64,000 nucleotides of DNA from the human T2T-CHM13v2.0 reference genome, Homo sapiens (GCF_009914755.1 NC_060931.1); one strand, 5' to 3'. Positions 13,006-27,664 are shown, numbered from the stretch's first letter. Made by a program: numbers and translations. Notes: a model not told the origin generated them from the letters alone.

Positions 13006-14076
13006 ATGTCACTTTCAGGCCTTCTATTTGGCTGTATTTAGATGTATTTCTATGAGGCCCTTTCAAGTTCTAAGGCTCAGAGGCATAGGAATCTGTTAGC
13101 CTGACACACAGACTCAGGCTGGATGGTGAGCTTTGTTCTTTCCTCTGGCTATGGCCATAGGCACTGGAACAATGTCCATTGCCATGGTCATTCTCCCTTC
13201 TCATTGGAGCAAAGCCTCTTCCAAGTCACAAGCTAGGTTTTGAGTACTTTCTGGATTTTCGTTATTTCACAATCTTTATCTTGATCATCAGGAAGCTTCT
13301 TCTTTTAAATCCTCAAAACATGAAAGTTCTGATTAGACCATGTACATTTCCTGATGTACATCTACGCACTCACACGCTAATGGATGCTACCCTCTCAGTT
13401 CCCATGGATCTTGCACACGCCCTTTAGAGAATGGCTACTCTCTTCCATGACACAAAGATAACTTACCCAAAAGGGCAACTCCTTATAGTTCTCAAGGTGA
13501 TCTAGTGCCTTTTGTTAGCATGCAGAATCAAAAACTATAATTTTCATCAGAGCATCTTGATTTAGAGAAGTTTTACCCGAGGGTTTAAGTTTGTTTAGGA
13601 GATCATGATTTCTCTTAAATTGTGGGTGTGTATGTGAAAATGTGCTTTCTTTAAAAAAGAGAACGATTTACTTTCATCAGATCCTCAAGTAAGTCACAGC
13701 CCATTAAATATTAAGAACCACTGTTATAGGTTTCCTCTAGCCAGGACACCAATTCTTACTTCAGCCAACCGTGGAAAAGTTAAGGGTGCTACATGACAGT
13801 AGGTATGGCTACTTAAGCTGAAGGAAAATCTGTGAGACAGTATGTGGCCTATTCAGTAAAATATTATATTTCATATGCCATAAGCATGGAAAGGAATAAG
13901 CTCTTACATATTTCTATTTCTAGAACATTAGTTCCTTTACGAGGTAACCATCTTAGGCAAGGTTGTTATTAGTTTCCAAGGAATCAGTGGAGAGGCTCAT
14001 GACAAAGGGAAGAAGGGGCTGCTTCTGCTTACAGAGAAAATTATGTGGAATTTGGGATTTTCATATACTTTCATAA

Positions 14077-14406
<330 letters not shown>

Positions 14407-14479
14407 TGAACCACTTCTGAGACTGCAAAAATTGTCTCACTGTTTTTATGCGTTATGACACAGTATTTTTCAGAAGGAC

Positions 14480-14790
14480 AATTATTAAAAGGCATGAAAA
14501 GACTATTTGAAAAGGTTAAAGAAATAGGTTTGTTTTAATAAGGAGAGAATGATAAACAGCCAATATGAATGTTTACATGTATGAGAGAATACAGGGAATT
14601 AAAGCAGATGTTTTTGTTTTCAACTGATATAAAAAATTAGGAGTTAGTCTTTCATTTTAAAATGGAGGCATATGTTTGACTTAGAGAAAGTGTTGACTGT
14701 AGAATGTTACTAAAGGAGTTTGTAGAATCTCCTTTTTCAGATATTTTTAAAGAATAGAAAATGGTATCGCTTGACTTGGGCAGATTCTTG
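14480..14790 (+). mobile_element. L3/CR1 3' fragment
   Basis: gaaaaggttaaagaaataggtttgttt...ttactaaaggagtttgtagaatctcctttttcagatatttttaaagaataga. Confidence 0.6.
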
Positions 14791-15084
14791 CCTAATGTGT
14801 CCTTTCTAAAATACAACCACAGACATCAGTATCATTTATGGTAGAGAATGGGGAGGCTTACTCTCCGAATTCATGCAACAAACATTTATGGAGCCTCATG
14901 ATGTACCAGGCACTAGGAATTAAACTTCCAATTCAATGTCCCCATGCAAACAGATCTTCAGATAGATAGGCAGATAGACAGTGGAAAGGGAATGTGGTAA
15001 ATGCCATGTAGGGAAGGGGAAAGACTGGCCCAGTAATTATGACCACCTTTAACTGAGTCCAGGCACTGTCAGGCAGTGTCCAGG

Positions 15085-15280
15085 CACAGTGTCAAGCACT
15101 CCATGTACATTATTTTATTTAGTGCTCACAACAACCCTATGGAATATATACTATCATTTGCCAGCTATTATCCATGAAGAAACTAAGGTTAAGGAGAGAT
15201 TAAATAACTTGCCCAAGATCACGCAGACAGCAAATTGCAGAGATTGTTTTGACTGTAGAGTTGAAGTTCTTAAACCCTGG
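15085..15280 (-). mobile_element. MIR
   Basis: ctcacaacaaccctatg...gaagaaactaagg...aataacttgcccaagatcac. Confidence 0.8.
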
Positions 15281-16820
15281 GCCAGCCAGTCAGAATCTGA
15301 GAGGAGACAAGTAAGGTTGGTGAGGGGAATGGGAATTGAAAGGGATGAGGAAAGCCTTCTGAAGGAGAAGCCATTTCAATGGAGTTTTGAATGAGCAGGA
15401 GTTGGCCAGGTGTATTTTATCCGGGGGGCTGGTAGTGGAGGAGAAGACATGTTTGCCAGATAAAGCAGCTGTGGAAGGGACTGAATTTCAGTCACTTGTT
15501 ATTTAGCTAAAGACATGGTCATTCTAAAGTCCCTACCGAGTTCTTGCACACTGATACCAGGGTTTTCAATGAGTAGTGCTCAGTTTATAAGAGTTAAGAA
15601 GTCACCATTTTTTTTTCTTAGTCCAAATGAAAATAGTGCTTCATCTGAGATCTGCGTATGAATGGCTCTGCCTGTCTTTGGTCAACCCATTTTCCACTCC
15701 CTTTACTTGTCCCTTCTTTCCCTCCGGCCTCTAACTCTCTTAGTCCTTCCTTCTTTTCTCTGAAATGAAGCTCTCTCCTACCCATAGAGAACACTTCCTC
15801 CTCTGGTTCACCAGGAAGTTTTTTTGGGCACAGCTTCATGGCCTCTCACAGTGATGGATCCTTATTTAAAGCCTGAAATCGATTTCCCCATGGCATCACA
15901 ATATCTATGGCCATGCTTCCCTCTCAAACATGTGCATTTACTTTTTTTTGGAAGGAGAGAGGAGCAAAATTCATAATTCTTTTCTTCTTTCAGGCCTTTT
16001 AATAGTTCCAGTTCTTCTCTGGTCAATCAATCCCCATTTAGTGGAGGCTTAAGCTCCCTCCAGCCTGATTCTCTTTTATACGGCTGCCTTTCTGATGTCG
16101 TATATCGGTACAAACAAATAAACATAAAGAGGTTTGGTTTTTCTTTTTTCAGTTTGTTTCTTCTCAGGAAAATAAATTCTATTTAATTTTTCTGACTCCA
16201 ATATACTCTTGCATGTCATAGAATCTTGTTTTATAATCAGCTATTGGAACTTTAGTAGGTCTACAAACAACCATTTCCTTTCCTAACTAAAATCAGAACC
16301 AATTGAAAAAGAGAAGAGGAGTCAGACCACTGCCTCACAGACAGTGGATTTTAAAATGTGGCTTTAGATCTGCAGTCGTCACTGGCCTCCAACACGTAAC
16401 TCCTGAAAGAGACTGTCAGAGCAGTGATGCCAACGCAGACCCGGGGAATGACAGGACTTCCCCAGACAGTCCCCACCGGGCAGAGTCTGCCCGGTGAGCT
16501 CATTCCCTCTAAGGAGGAGTGAATCAGGACAGCTAGAGCTGGGACTGACATGTTGAAGCAAGTTTCTGCACACAGAAATAGGAGGCCAGGGTAAAGGAAA
16601 ATCCTCCATGTTGAGATGTGGAAAGAAACCTGATTTTTGTTTGTCTCCCTTTATAACATTAATTCCCATTCCTTTCAGATTAGACTTTCATGTGTTATTT
16701 GTCGTTTACATAATGCTTTTGAATACAATTATTTAAACCTTTTTCTGTCTGTCTCACATTTCTCGGATGAGATATTCTCACTTTCCTCTTAAGGGTATTT
16801 TATTGTTCTTGTGTAACTAC

Positions 16821-17300
16821 TGTCAAAAAATAAAAATTTCAACAAATTTAGTTTAATGATCTAAACTATTAGTGATTCATTAATCAGACGGTATCCCATC
16901 TATGAAACAGAAAAGCACGCTAGTAAGCTGAGGAGAGGCAGTGGGCTTTATAGGCAGAAAAGCCTGAAGAAAGCAGAAACAGGAACAGAAAGCCGATTGG
17001 TTGTTTCAAAGTTACTTTCTTTAAAAGGATAAAGCAGAGCCAGGGGACTTTCTTATTATGTCAGCTCAGGTTGACTGGGCCCCTTTTAATTGATTGCTGT
17101 GAATCTGTTTTTTGTTGTTGTTGTTTTGTGTTGTTGTTGTTTTGTGTTTTTTTGGGGGTTTTTTTGTTTGTTTTCTAACTGGCTGATTTTAAAGTCCAGT
17201 TTGGGGACCTAGCACTAGTGATTCCATTCTGGTTTGGTCTGTTCTTCTGGGCCTAGTGCAAGAGCTTAGTCCAAAACAATAGCCTCCCATAAATTTAACA
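16821..17300 (-). mobile_element. ERV1 solo LTR (MER31/MER67-like)
   Basis: TG...CA ends; 4-bp TSD ctac (16817-20 / 17301-04); minus strand begins tgttaaatttatgggaggctattgttttggactaagctc; CCAAT (16996-17000) and TATAAA (16947-52) on minus strand. Confidence 0.85.
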
Positions 17301-18686
17301 CTACTCTCAGTAAAAATAACCATTGGTATTTTTATAGCATGGCTTTTAATAATGCCTATATTCTCATATTTGCAAAGTGCATTTTCCTGAGCTGATTTTA
17401 TCAGTGGCTTTACTTCCAAAATAATTTCCTTTTAGGACAATATCAGAACGGCACATACAAGTGTCCCCAAGTCATATTTGGAATAAGATCACTTGGGAAC
17501 ACAAGTCAAAGAAGGTATGTAACCAACTCACCTCATCTAATGGAACAGGTTTCCCTGGGCAAGCATAAGATTATTGTACATTGTTCAAAGATTTCAAGAC
17601 AGATAGCGTAGATTTCAAGAATGCCAAACATAAGGCAGAGAGGAGTCTACTGGGATATTTTCCCGAATTGTGGCTTGTATCTCTCTCTGGTCTATTAGAA
17701 GACCTCCTGCATACCCCTAACAAGAGAAAAAATGACAGATGAAAGAAAGAGAGAGAGAGAGACTTTCTTGTAATTAATCTAATAGGCATTTTTAAAATTG
17801 AACACTTGGACTTCCTCCAACTGGCATCTTTAAAACACCCATTGATTAACAGGCAAATGGGATGAGTGAATTCATTATAAGAAGTGAATCCTTTGCGTCC
17901 ACCAGATTCTTCTGCCTTCATTGTCATCAAAGTTCTTGGGCTCACTCACTGGCTATCATCCCTCTCACTCATCTCTAAAATGGTTTCAACATCCCCTCTG
18001 TGCGGTCCAGTTTCTCACCTAATTTGCATTAGGCTGATTCATTCATTCCTCAGCAGGGTTACTTGATGTGCTTTCTTCCCAGTGGCATCCATGTGTAAAG
18101 CTGTCTCTCACTGGCTCTTATCACAGTCAGATTCAAAATGCTCATTTCAGAAAGACTGCAAGTCTTAATAGAAGGTATAGAATTTAACAACATGAACACA
18201 GTGAAAGTTTAAGAATGGTTTCTGGAATACCTGAAATCTATTCTGCTTATATTAAAATGGCTTTCGGCAGAGGGTGAAAAACCCTGCCGGCAATCAGAGC
18301 ATTCTGTGACATTCAAGTCTGCCCAGAGTCAGCAGCCAAGCAGCGTGCTCTCTGATCTACAGATTTGCATTGTTCACTAACCTTCCTGTGCCAAAAACAC
18401 TCAGTTGCTCCCTTTCACCAGCCTCTAAGGTCACAAGACAGACAGTTCTTTCTTGATTACTCAAACAAATACACGTCTGATTCAGAGCGGGGAAAAAAGA
18501 GTTGCCAACAGTCAAGGCTTAGAAAGGCCAGGGCTGCTTGCACTTAGAAGCCAGCCTGATGAATCACCACATCCATGACTAATTGTGGGGTTCAAGTGTG
18601 CCCAGTTATAGAGCCTGTTTTTTAGAAAGGAAAATGCTAAAGAAGACACATAGAAATGTGGAAGAAAACTAGACACTTTTGTGTGA

Positions 18687-19044
<358 letters not shown>

Positions 19045-19249
19045 CTCTCTCTATGTTCTTTCAATTAAGCCCCAGAAAATGTGGAAATGCCATTGCCCTC
19101 AACCTGGCTTTCCTCACAAGAGTAAACTTCATGGGCTTAAAAAAAATTCCAAACATTTTTTAAATCTCATAAGGTTAAGAAAGGGCAGTCGACTTCAATA
19201 AATTATGATGCTGATGATTTTTGTTTTAAAAAACTGGCAAAAACAGACT

Positions 19250-19460
19250 TTTACATATATATGACTATCATATATGACTTTTACATATACGTATATAGGT
19301 GAATTACTTATATACATATAAGTACATAAAGTATACAGTTACATGTATGTTAAAGTATGTATATACATATCTAATGTAAATATACATATATATGCACATA
19401 TGAACCTATATCTTCATTGCATGCTTATGTAATAGATGCAGTGTGTAATATGTGTAAATC
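19250..19460. repeat. (TA/CA) low-complexity tract
   Basis: Direct reading. Confidence 0.75.
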
Positions 19461-20446
19461 CATGTTTTATTTGTATAGATACCAAGGACATGATAATAAA
19501 AATGACATAGTTCTTGTCCTCAATTGTATAGTCTGTTGGGAAAGAAAACACACAAATAGAAAAAATTTTCATATAGAGAATTTTTAATATTCTCTATATG
19601 CTGCTATAAAATCAATAGTAGTCATGCACAGGGTGTTGTTGGCATAAGGGAGGAAACCTTGAAAAAGGGGTACATGTTAGGGAAAGCTTTGGGAAAGTGA
19701 GAGATGAGCTGATCTGAAAGGACTTGTAGTAGTGACTCTTGTTGAGTGGGAGGGAGGGGTAGGCAATGAATGGAGGAAATCCCAGGTAGAGGAAAAAGAG
19801 AGTACCAGAACAGCCCCACATTTATTTAAGAAATTGAAATTATAGCTAAAAACCTCCACACACAAAACTCCAGGCACCAAAGTTTTCATGGTTAAATTGT
19901 ACCAAACCTTTAGTAAATAAATAAAACCAATTATACACAAACTCTTCCAGAAAATTTAAGACAAGGAAATACTTCCCACTTTATCTGGGAGGGCTGCCTT
20001 ACCTTAACCCAAAATCTAGATGTTACAAGAAAAGATAACTACACAACATTAAATATCCCACATAAACATAGGTACGAAAAACCTTGAGAAAATTATAGCA
20101 AATGAAATTTAACAACATATAGAAAGAATAATACATCATGAATAAATGAGGTTTATTATGAGAGTGCAGGGCAAACATTTGGAAATAAATTGACGTAATT
20201 CACCATATAAAAAACAGACGAACATCTCAATAGGTGCAGAAAATATAATTGACAAAATTCTATATAGATTCATGATAGAATGAACAGCACTCAGTAATCT
20301 GGGAATAGATGGGAATTCCCTTAACTTGATAAAGGCATCCATTTAAAAAACAAATAACCAAAATACTATAGCTAGCATCAAACTGAATGGGAAATGACAA
20401 TTCAGTGCAGAAACAATTGGTGTTGAAACAATTTGATATCCACATG

Positions 20447-20840
20447 TCCTATAGTTTGAATATGTCCCCTTCAAAATTCAGGTGTTAAAACTTAATGGCC
20501 AATGCAGTGACATTAAAAGGTGGGTCTTCTCAGAGGTTATTAGGTAATGAGAGCTCCTCCCATTACGAGTGGGATTAAGGCCCTCATAAAAGGAGCTTCA
20601 CTCAACATTTGACCCTCTTGCCCTCTGCCTTCCACCATATAAGGACACAGTGTTCTGCCTCTCCTGAGTAAGCAGCAACAACGCACCATCTTGGAATCAG
20701 GGGACGGCCCTCACCAGACAACTAAATCTGCAGACACCTTGGACTTCCCAGCCTCCAGAACTGTAAGAAATAGATTTCTGTTCTTTACACATTATCCAGT
20801 CTTGGGTGTTCTATCATAGCAACACTAGTAAACTAAGACA
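20447..20840 (+). mobile_element. MaLR solo LTR (MSTD/MLT1A-like)
   Basis: ctatagtttgaatatgtcccc...ggacttcccagcctccagaactgtaagaaata...actaagaca; imperfect 5-bp TSD acatg/atatg. Confidence 0.9.
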
Positions 20841-21149
20841 ATATGCAGAGAGAGAAAAAGAGAGAGAGGAAGGAAGGAGGGAGGGAAGGAGGAACAAAAG
20901 AAAGAGAGATCTTTAAAGCATACCTTACATACAAATACTAACTCAAAATGGATCAATACCTAAAAGTGAAATCTAAATTAAATTATTGTACCTTTTGAAA
21001 AAATAAGCCACAGAATGGGAGAAAATGCTTGCAAATCATTTATCTGATAAAGAACTTATAACAAAGATATATAAGGATGTCTCAAAACTCAATACTAAGA
21101 AAACAACAATGTAATACAAAAAGGACAAAATTTATTTTCGTTTGGTCAC

Positions 21150-21222
21150 TTTTTAAAAATTTTACTTTAAGTTCTGGGATATATTTGCAGAATGTGCAGG
21201 TTTGTTACGTAGGTATACATGA
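21150..21222 (-). mobile_element. Short L1PA 3' end
   Basis: tttactttaagttctgggatatatttgcagaatgtgcaggtttgttacgtaggtatacatg. Confidence 0.85.
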
Positions 21223-21658
21223 GTTGACACTTCACCAAAGAAGATATTCATATAACAAATAATTACATGAAAAGACCCTTGAGTTCATTAGTTATGAAGC
21301 AAATGAAAAACCCTAATGACATACTACTACATGCCTATTACAATTACTAAAATCAAAAGAACTGACAATATTGATGATCACATAGAAAAAGCGAAACTTT
21401 CATACATTCCTAATGGAAATGCAAAATAGTATTGTCACTTTAGAAAAACAGTTTAGCAGCTTCTTAAAGAGTTAAGTATTTACCTACAATACAATCTAGC
21501 ATTGCCACTTCAAAGATGAAAGTTTTATTTACATAAAAGCAGATATAGAAAAGTTTATACAGCTTTTCTATATATCTTCCAAAACTGGAACAACACAAAT
21601 GTTCTTCAACAGGTGAATGGATAACCAAATTATGGTACATCCATACAATGGAATACTA

Positions 21659-22057
<399 letters not shown>

Positions 22058-22699
22058 GATTGCATACTTTTACTTGATTCCAGTTGTATGACATTCTGAA
22101 AAAAAGCAAAACTATAGGGACACAAAACAGAACTATACCTTAGAACAGGTAAATTTATTTATGTAAAGTGTATCTTAATAAAGCATGAAGAAAAATTAAA
22201 ATGTCATCCATAATAAGAAAATTATTTAACATACATGAATTACCACATCTTAAAACTAAATCATAAAATTTAATGTATTAAAATTTTAGCATTTTAATTT
22301 GTTGTAATATGGAAAGTTATCTAGATCAACCCTCTTGCTGAAACAAGCTAATAATCCTGAGTAAATATATATTCTTAAAAATAATTATTGAACTGACAGG
22401 GTCATAAAGCATTTTTAGCAGAAATCCAGAAGGTAAGTGGAATTCTGCAGCCAACTTTCATTTTTATGGCATTTGCTAATTAGGATGAATTTGATCTACA
22501 ATATTTTAGCTTCATGTGGTGCAAAGAACAAAAGACAAAAAGTCCAAAGCAGTTTATAAGAGACAAGTTTGAAATCTAAATATTCAGAACATTTGGAAGT
22601 AAAATGATTCAATAAATCATATACATGAATCAAAATCTAAGTACTTGGCAGGTAGTAAACTATTAGCATCACTCTAAATAGATTTACTAACTAAAGCAT

Positions 22700-23600
22700 T
22701 AGGAGATTAAACTGATCACTACACGATGCTAAAACATTTAATAACTCAAGAAGATATAACAGTTCTAAACCTGTATGTACCTATCAACATAGCCTTAAAT
22801 ATGTAAACCAAAAATTGAAAGACAGGAAAAATAAATGCAAATAATAGTGAGGATGTTAGTATATTCCTCTCATAGCTAAAGAAACAGCTGACAAAATAAA
22901 ATTAACATGATACTGATGATTTTTAAAACATGATTCAATGAATAAGCGGACATATATAGAACACTATATCCACCCATGTAAATTACAAAAACTTTTGAAA
23001 CATACAGAAAACATATTATAAAATTGGCCATATTCTGATCCAAAAGCAGCTCTCAACAAAGTTTAAAGAACTAAGCCATGCATATCACATTCTCTATGAT
23101 GAAATTTAGTTAAAAATCAAAACAAAAAGATAACTAGAAAAAAACACAGTATGTTTAGAAGAAAACCACAACTAAATAACCCATGAGCCAAAGATAAAAT
23201 CATAATATTACAAAATATTCAAAGCTGAATAATAATGAATATATTATACATAAAAACTCACAGGACATGGTTAAAATAGCATATGTCTCCATTTCAGTGG
23301 TATTAGAAAAAAACAAAAGCTCAGAATTCAAGCTAAGCAACCATCTAAAAAGTAAGAAACAAACCAGAAAAACAGGGTAAATTTTTTAAATAGAAAAATG
23401 TATATATAATAGAACCAAAAGAGCCAAATGATGGTTCTTTGTGAGGATAAATAAAATTGATTAAATTGTGATGAGATTAATAAAGAAGAGAAAAGGTAGA
23501 AGCAGTCAAAATTAGGAATGAAAATGGAGGCATAGCTACAGTTGATGTAGACAGTTGAAAGACTTTGAGAAAATATAATAAACAACTTTATTCCTGTAAA
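22700..23600 (+). mobile_element. Old L1 ORF2 (endonuclease region) remnant
   Basis: caagaagatataacagttctaaacctgtatgtacctatcaacatagcc...ctaaataacccatgagccaaaga. Confidence 0.75.
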
Positions 23601-23699
23601 ATCACTACAGATTAACAGATTATGTTTCTATTAACTCAACCTGGAAAATGCATCTATCCTGTTCTCTGAAGGATTCCTAACATTTGATGATGCTGTCAG

Positions 23700-24200
23700 A
23701 CATGACCAACAACATCATAAGGAATGTGGCTTTTCAGGGTGAGATAAGAAGCTTTGGGAAGTTTTTGTAGAGGGGTAACATAATCTCACTTTCATTTTGT
23801 ATAGGTCTTTCTGGCAACTGTCTAAACATAAACCAGAGAAGGGCAAGGCAGACTCAGGAAGGACAAATAGAAGGCTATTTTCATAAATCGGGTAAGAGAC
23901 GGTGGCATGGACTCAAGTGGTAGGGGTGAAGGTGGAGAGAAGTAATTAGTTTTAGATATTTTAGAAGGTAGAGCCAGAGGATTTACTGGTGAATTGAATA
24001 TGGAACATGAGAGAAAGTAAATACAATGAGTTCAAAACAGTGATTTCTCCAAAGTTGTTTTGTTTTTTCTTTTGTTTGTTTCTTTGTCAAAGTGATCAGA
24101 AGAACATATTCCATTTCCTGAGATGAAAAAATCCTTAGGAAGAGAAAGTTTTAAGGAAACCAAGAGTTCCATTATGGACAAAGTAGGTTTGAAGTTCCTA
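23700..24200 (-). mobile_element. L2 fragment (continues at 27090-27600 after Tigger1)
   Basis: gaaggtagagccagaggatttactggtgaattgaatatgg...ccaagagttccattatggaca. Confidence 0.75.
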
Positions 24201-24627
24201 TACAGGTGGACTTCTTTATAGTGCACTTTCCTTTATTGTGCTTCACAGATATTGAAATTTTTACAAATTGAAGGTCTGTGGCAACCCTGCATTAAGCAAG
24301 TCTATCGGTGCCATTTTTCTAATAGCGTGTGCTTGCTTCGTGTCTCTGTGTTATGTTTTGGTAATTCCGGCAATATTTCAAACTTTTTCATTATTATTAT
24401 ATCTGTTATGGAGATCTGTGATCAGTGATCTTTGATTTTTATGACTGTAATTGTTTGGCAGCCCCACTAACCATGCCCATATAAGATGACAAACTTAACT
24501 GATAAATGTTAAGTGTGTTCTGACAGCTCCACTGGAAAACCGTTCCCTTGTCTTTGTCCCTCCCCTGGGGCCTCTCTACTCCCTGAGACACAACACTATT
24601 GAAATTAGGTCAATTAATAACTCTACG

Positions 24628-26751
24628 ATGGCCTCTAAGTATTTAAGTGATAGGAAGAGTCACACATCTCTCACTTTAAATCAGAAGATAGAAATGATGA
24701 AGCTTAGTGAAGAAGGCATGTTGAAAGCCACAATAGGAAGTCCTCTTATGCCACACAGCCAAGTTTTGAATGCAAAGGAAAAGTTCTTGAAGGAAATTAA
24801 AAGTGCTACTCCAGTGAACACACAAATGATAAGAAAGTGAAACAGCCTACTGCTGATATGGAGAAAGTTTTTGTGATTTGGACAGAAAATCAAATTAGCC
24901 ACAACATATCCTTAAGCCAAATCCTAATCCAGAGGAAGACCCTGACTCTTCAATTCTATGAATGCTGAGAGAGGTGAGAAAGCTGCAGAAGAAATGTTGG
25001 AAGCTAGCAGAGGCTGATTCATGAGGTGTAAGGAAAGAAGCCATCTCCACAGTACAAAAGTGAAAGGTGAAACAGCAAGTGCTGATGTAGAAGCTGCAGC
25101 AAGTTATCCAGAATATCTAGCTAAGGTCATTGATGAAGGTGCCTACACCTTTAGTATATTCCCCTCATAGCTAAATAAACTGCTGATAAAATAAAATTAA
25201 CATGATATTGATGATTTTAAAAACATGATTAACTAAATGAATAAGTAGACATATATAGAACACCACACCCACCCAGATTTTGAATGTAGACGAAACAGCC
25301 TTCTATTGGAAGAAGATGTTATGTAGGACTATTGTAGCTAGAGAGGAGAAGCCAATGCCTGTAAGCTTCAAAAGACAGACTGATTCTCTTGTTAGGGACT
25401 AGCACAGCCGGTGACTTTAAGTTGAAACCAATACTACAGACTATTCCAAAATCCTGGGGCCCTTAAGAACTATGCTAAATCTATGCTGCCTATGCTCTAT
25501 AAATGGAAAAATGCTTGAATAACAGTACAACTGTTTACAGCATGGTTTACTGAATATTTTAAGTTCACTGTTAAGACTTACTGCTCAGAAAAAAAGAATC
25601 CTTTCAGAGATAACTGCTCTGTATTAGTCCTTTTTCACACTGCTATAAGGAACTACCTGATGCTGGGTAATTTATGAAGGGGTTTAATTGACTCATAGTT
25701 CTTCAGGATTAACAGGAAGCATGGCTCAGAGGCTTCAGGAAACTTACAATCATGGCAGAAGGTGAAAGGGAAGCAAACACCTCTTACCATGGCAAAGCAG
25801 GAGAGAGAGAGAGACAGAGAGCACTAAAGGGGAAGTGCCACACACTTTTAAACAACCAGATCTTTTGAGAACACACTCACTATTACAAGAACAGCAAGGG
25901 GGAAATCGGCCCCCATGATTCAATCACTTCCCACCAGGCCATTCCCCAGACACATGCGGATTACAATTAGAGATGAGATTTGGGTGGGGACACAGAGCCA
26001 AACCATGTCATGCTCATTGACAATGCACCTGGCCACCCAAGAGCTCTGATAGAGATGTACAAGGAGATGAATGTTGTTTTCATGCCTGCTAACACAACAC
26101 AATATCCATCCTGTAGCCCATAAATCAAGGAGTAATTTCTATTTTCAAGTTGCCTAATATAACAAATGCATTTTGTAAGGCTACAGTTGTCATACACAGT
26201 GATTCCTCCGATAGATCTGGATAAAGAAAACAGAAAATCTTCTGGAAAGGATTAATCATTCTAGATGCCACTAGGAACATTTGTGATTCATGGGAAGAGG
26301 TAAAAATATTAACATGAATGGGAGTTTAGACGAAGTTGATTCGAATCCCCACGGAAAACTAACTTAGAAGGGTTCAAGACTTCAGAGGAGGGAGTAACTG
26401 CAGCTGTGGTAGAAACAGCAAGAAACTACAATTAAAAGTGAAGCCTGAACATGTGACTGAATTGCTGCAATCTCATGATAAAACTTGAATAGATTGGGAA
26501 TCTCTTCTTACGGACGAGCAAAGTGTTTTCTTGAGATCAAATCTATTCCTGGTGAAGATGCTATGAACAGTGTTGAAATGACAACAAAAGATTTAGACCA
26601 TTGCATAAACTTAGTTGTTAAAGTAGCAGCAGGATTTCAGACAATTTCCTCCCATTTTGAAAGAAGTTCTACTGTGAGTATAATGCCATCAAACGGCATC
26701 ACGTGCTACAGAGAAATTCTTTGTGAAAGGAAGATTCAATTGATACAGTAA
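24628..26751 (+). pseudogene. Degenerate Tigger1 (pogo/CENP-B-like) transposase reading frame
   Basis: [35 protein letters not shown]-terminus; DDE-region remnants (FNVDETA-like, DNAPGHP-like); many stops and frameshifts. Confidence 0.85.
25620..26010 (-). mobile_element. MaLR solo LTR (THE1D/MSTA-like) inside Tigger1
   Basis: tgtattagtc...gggacacagagccaaaccatgtca; perfect 5-bp TSD tgctc (25615-19 / 26011-15). Confidence 0.95.
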
Positions 26752-27664
26752 ACTTCAGTGCTGTCTTACTTTAAGTAATTGTCACAGCCACCCAACCTTC
26801 AGCAGCCCCCACCCTGGTTAGCTGCCATCAACACTGAGGCAAGTCCCTCTACCAGCAAAAAGAATATGACTCACTGAAGATTCAGATGATCACGAGCATT
26901 TTTCAGTAATAAACAATTTTTACACTAAGATATGTCCATGTTTTTTAAGACATAATGCTATTTTACACTGAACAGACTACAGTATAAACATATAACTTTT
27001 ATACGCACTGGGAAATCAAAAACGTGTGTGGCTCACTTTATTGTGGTAGTCTGGAACAGAACTCACAACATCTCCAAGGTATGCCTGTATTTCATTTAGG
27101 TGAAGATATGAAAGCGGCAGTTGAATATACAAATCTGTAATTCATGGGACTGCTCAGTGTTGGAGATCTAATTTGGGTTCATCCATCTATAGGTATATTT
27201 AAAAAGCTGAGGCCTGAATAAAGATACCTAGGGAACACAGGTAGAGAGAGCACACAAAGCCTGACCTGCAGCATTCCAGTGTTTAGAGGTCAAGAAATAA
27301 GATAGAGTAGTGGACTAGTGGCCAAGTAATAAACTGGGTCAAAGATGAAGAATGAAGAATGCCAGTGGATTTTGCCATGTGGGGGTTTTAAGGGACCTCG
27401 ATAAGAGAGCTTTTAGTACAGTTGTTAGGACAAGACAGGCCTAGAGTTTAGTCTTAAAAGGGAACAGAGAAATGACGTGGTTGTTGGAGGAGACCATAGA
27501 GACAAAGAAGGTTCATTTATTCATTTTTATGTTTAAGACAGGAGATAACTGTCCTATGTTGTATGATGATGGAAATGGCCCAGTAGAGACAGAAACATTG
27601 ATGGTTTCTATTTTTTCCATCTTGTTTGGTTTGGTCTTTCAGAATTTAATACCTAATGAATGAC

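Larger units (their letters stand above)
24203..27087 (+). mobile_element. Tigger1 DNA transposon, near full length
   Basis: TA|CAGG...GGTATGCCTG|TA ends; ~2.37 kb after removing two insertions; transposase remnant inside. Confidence 0.95.
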
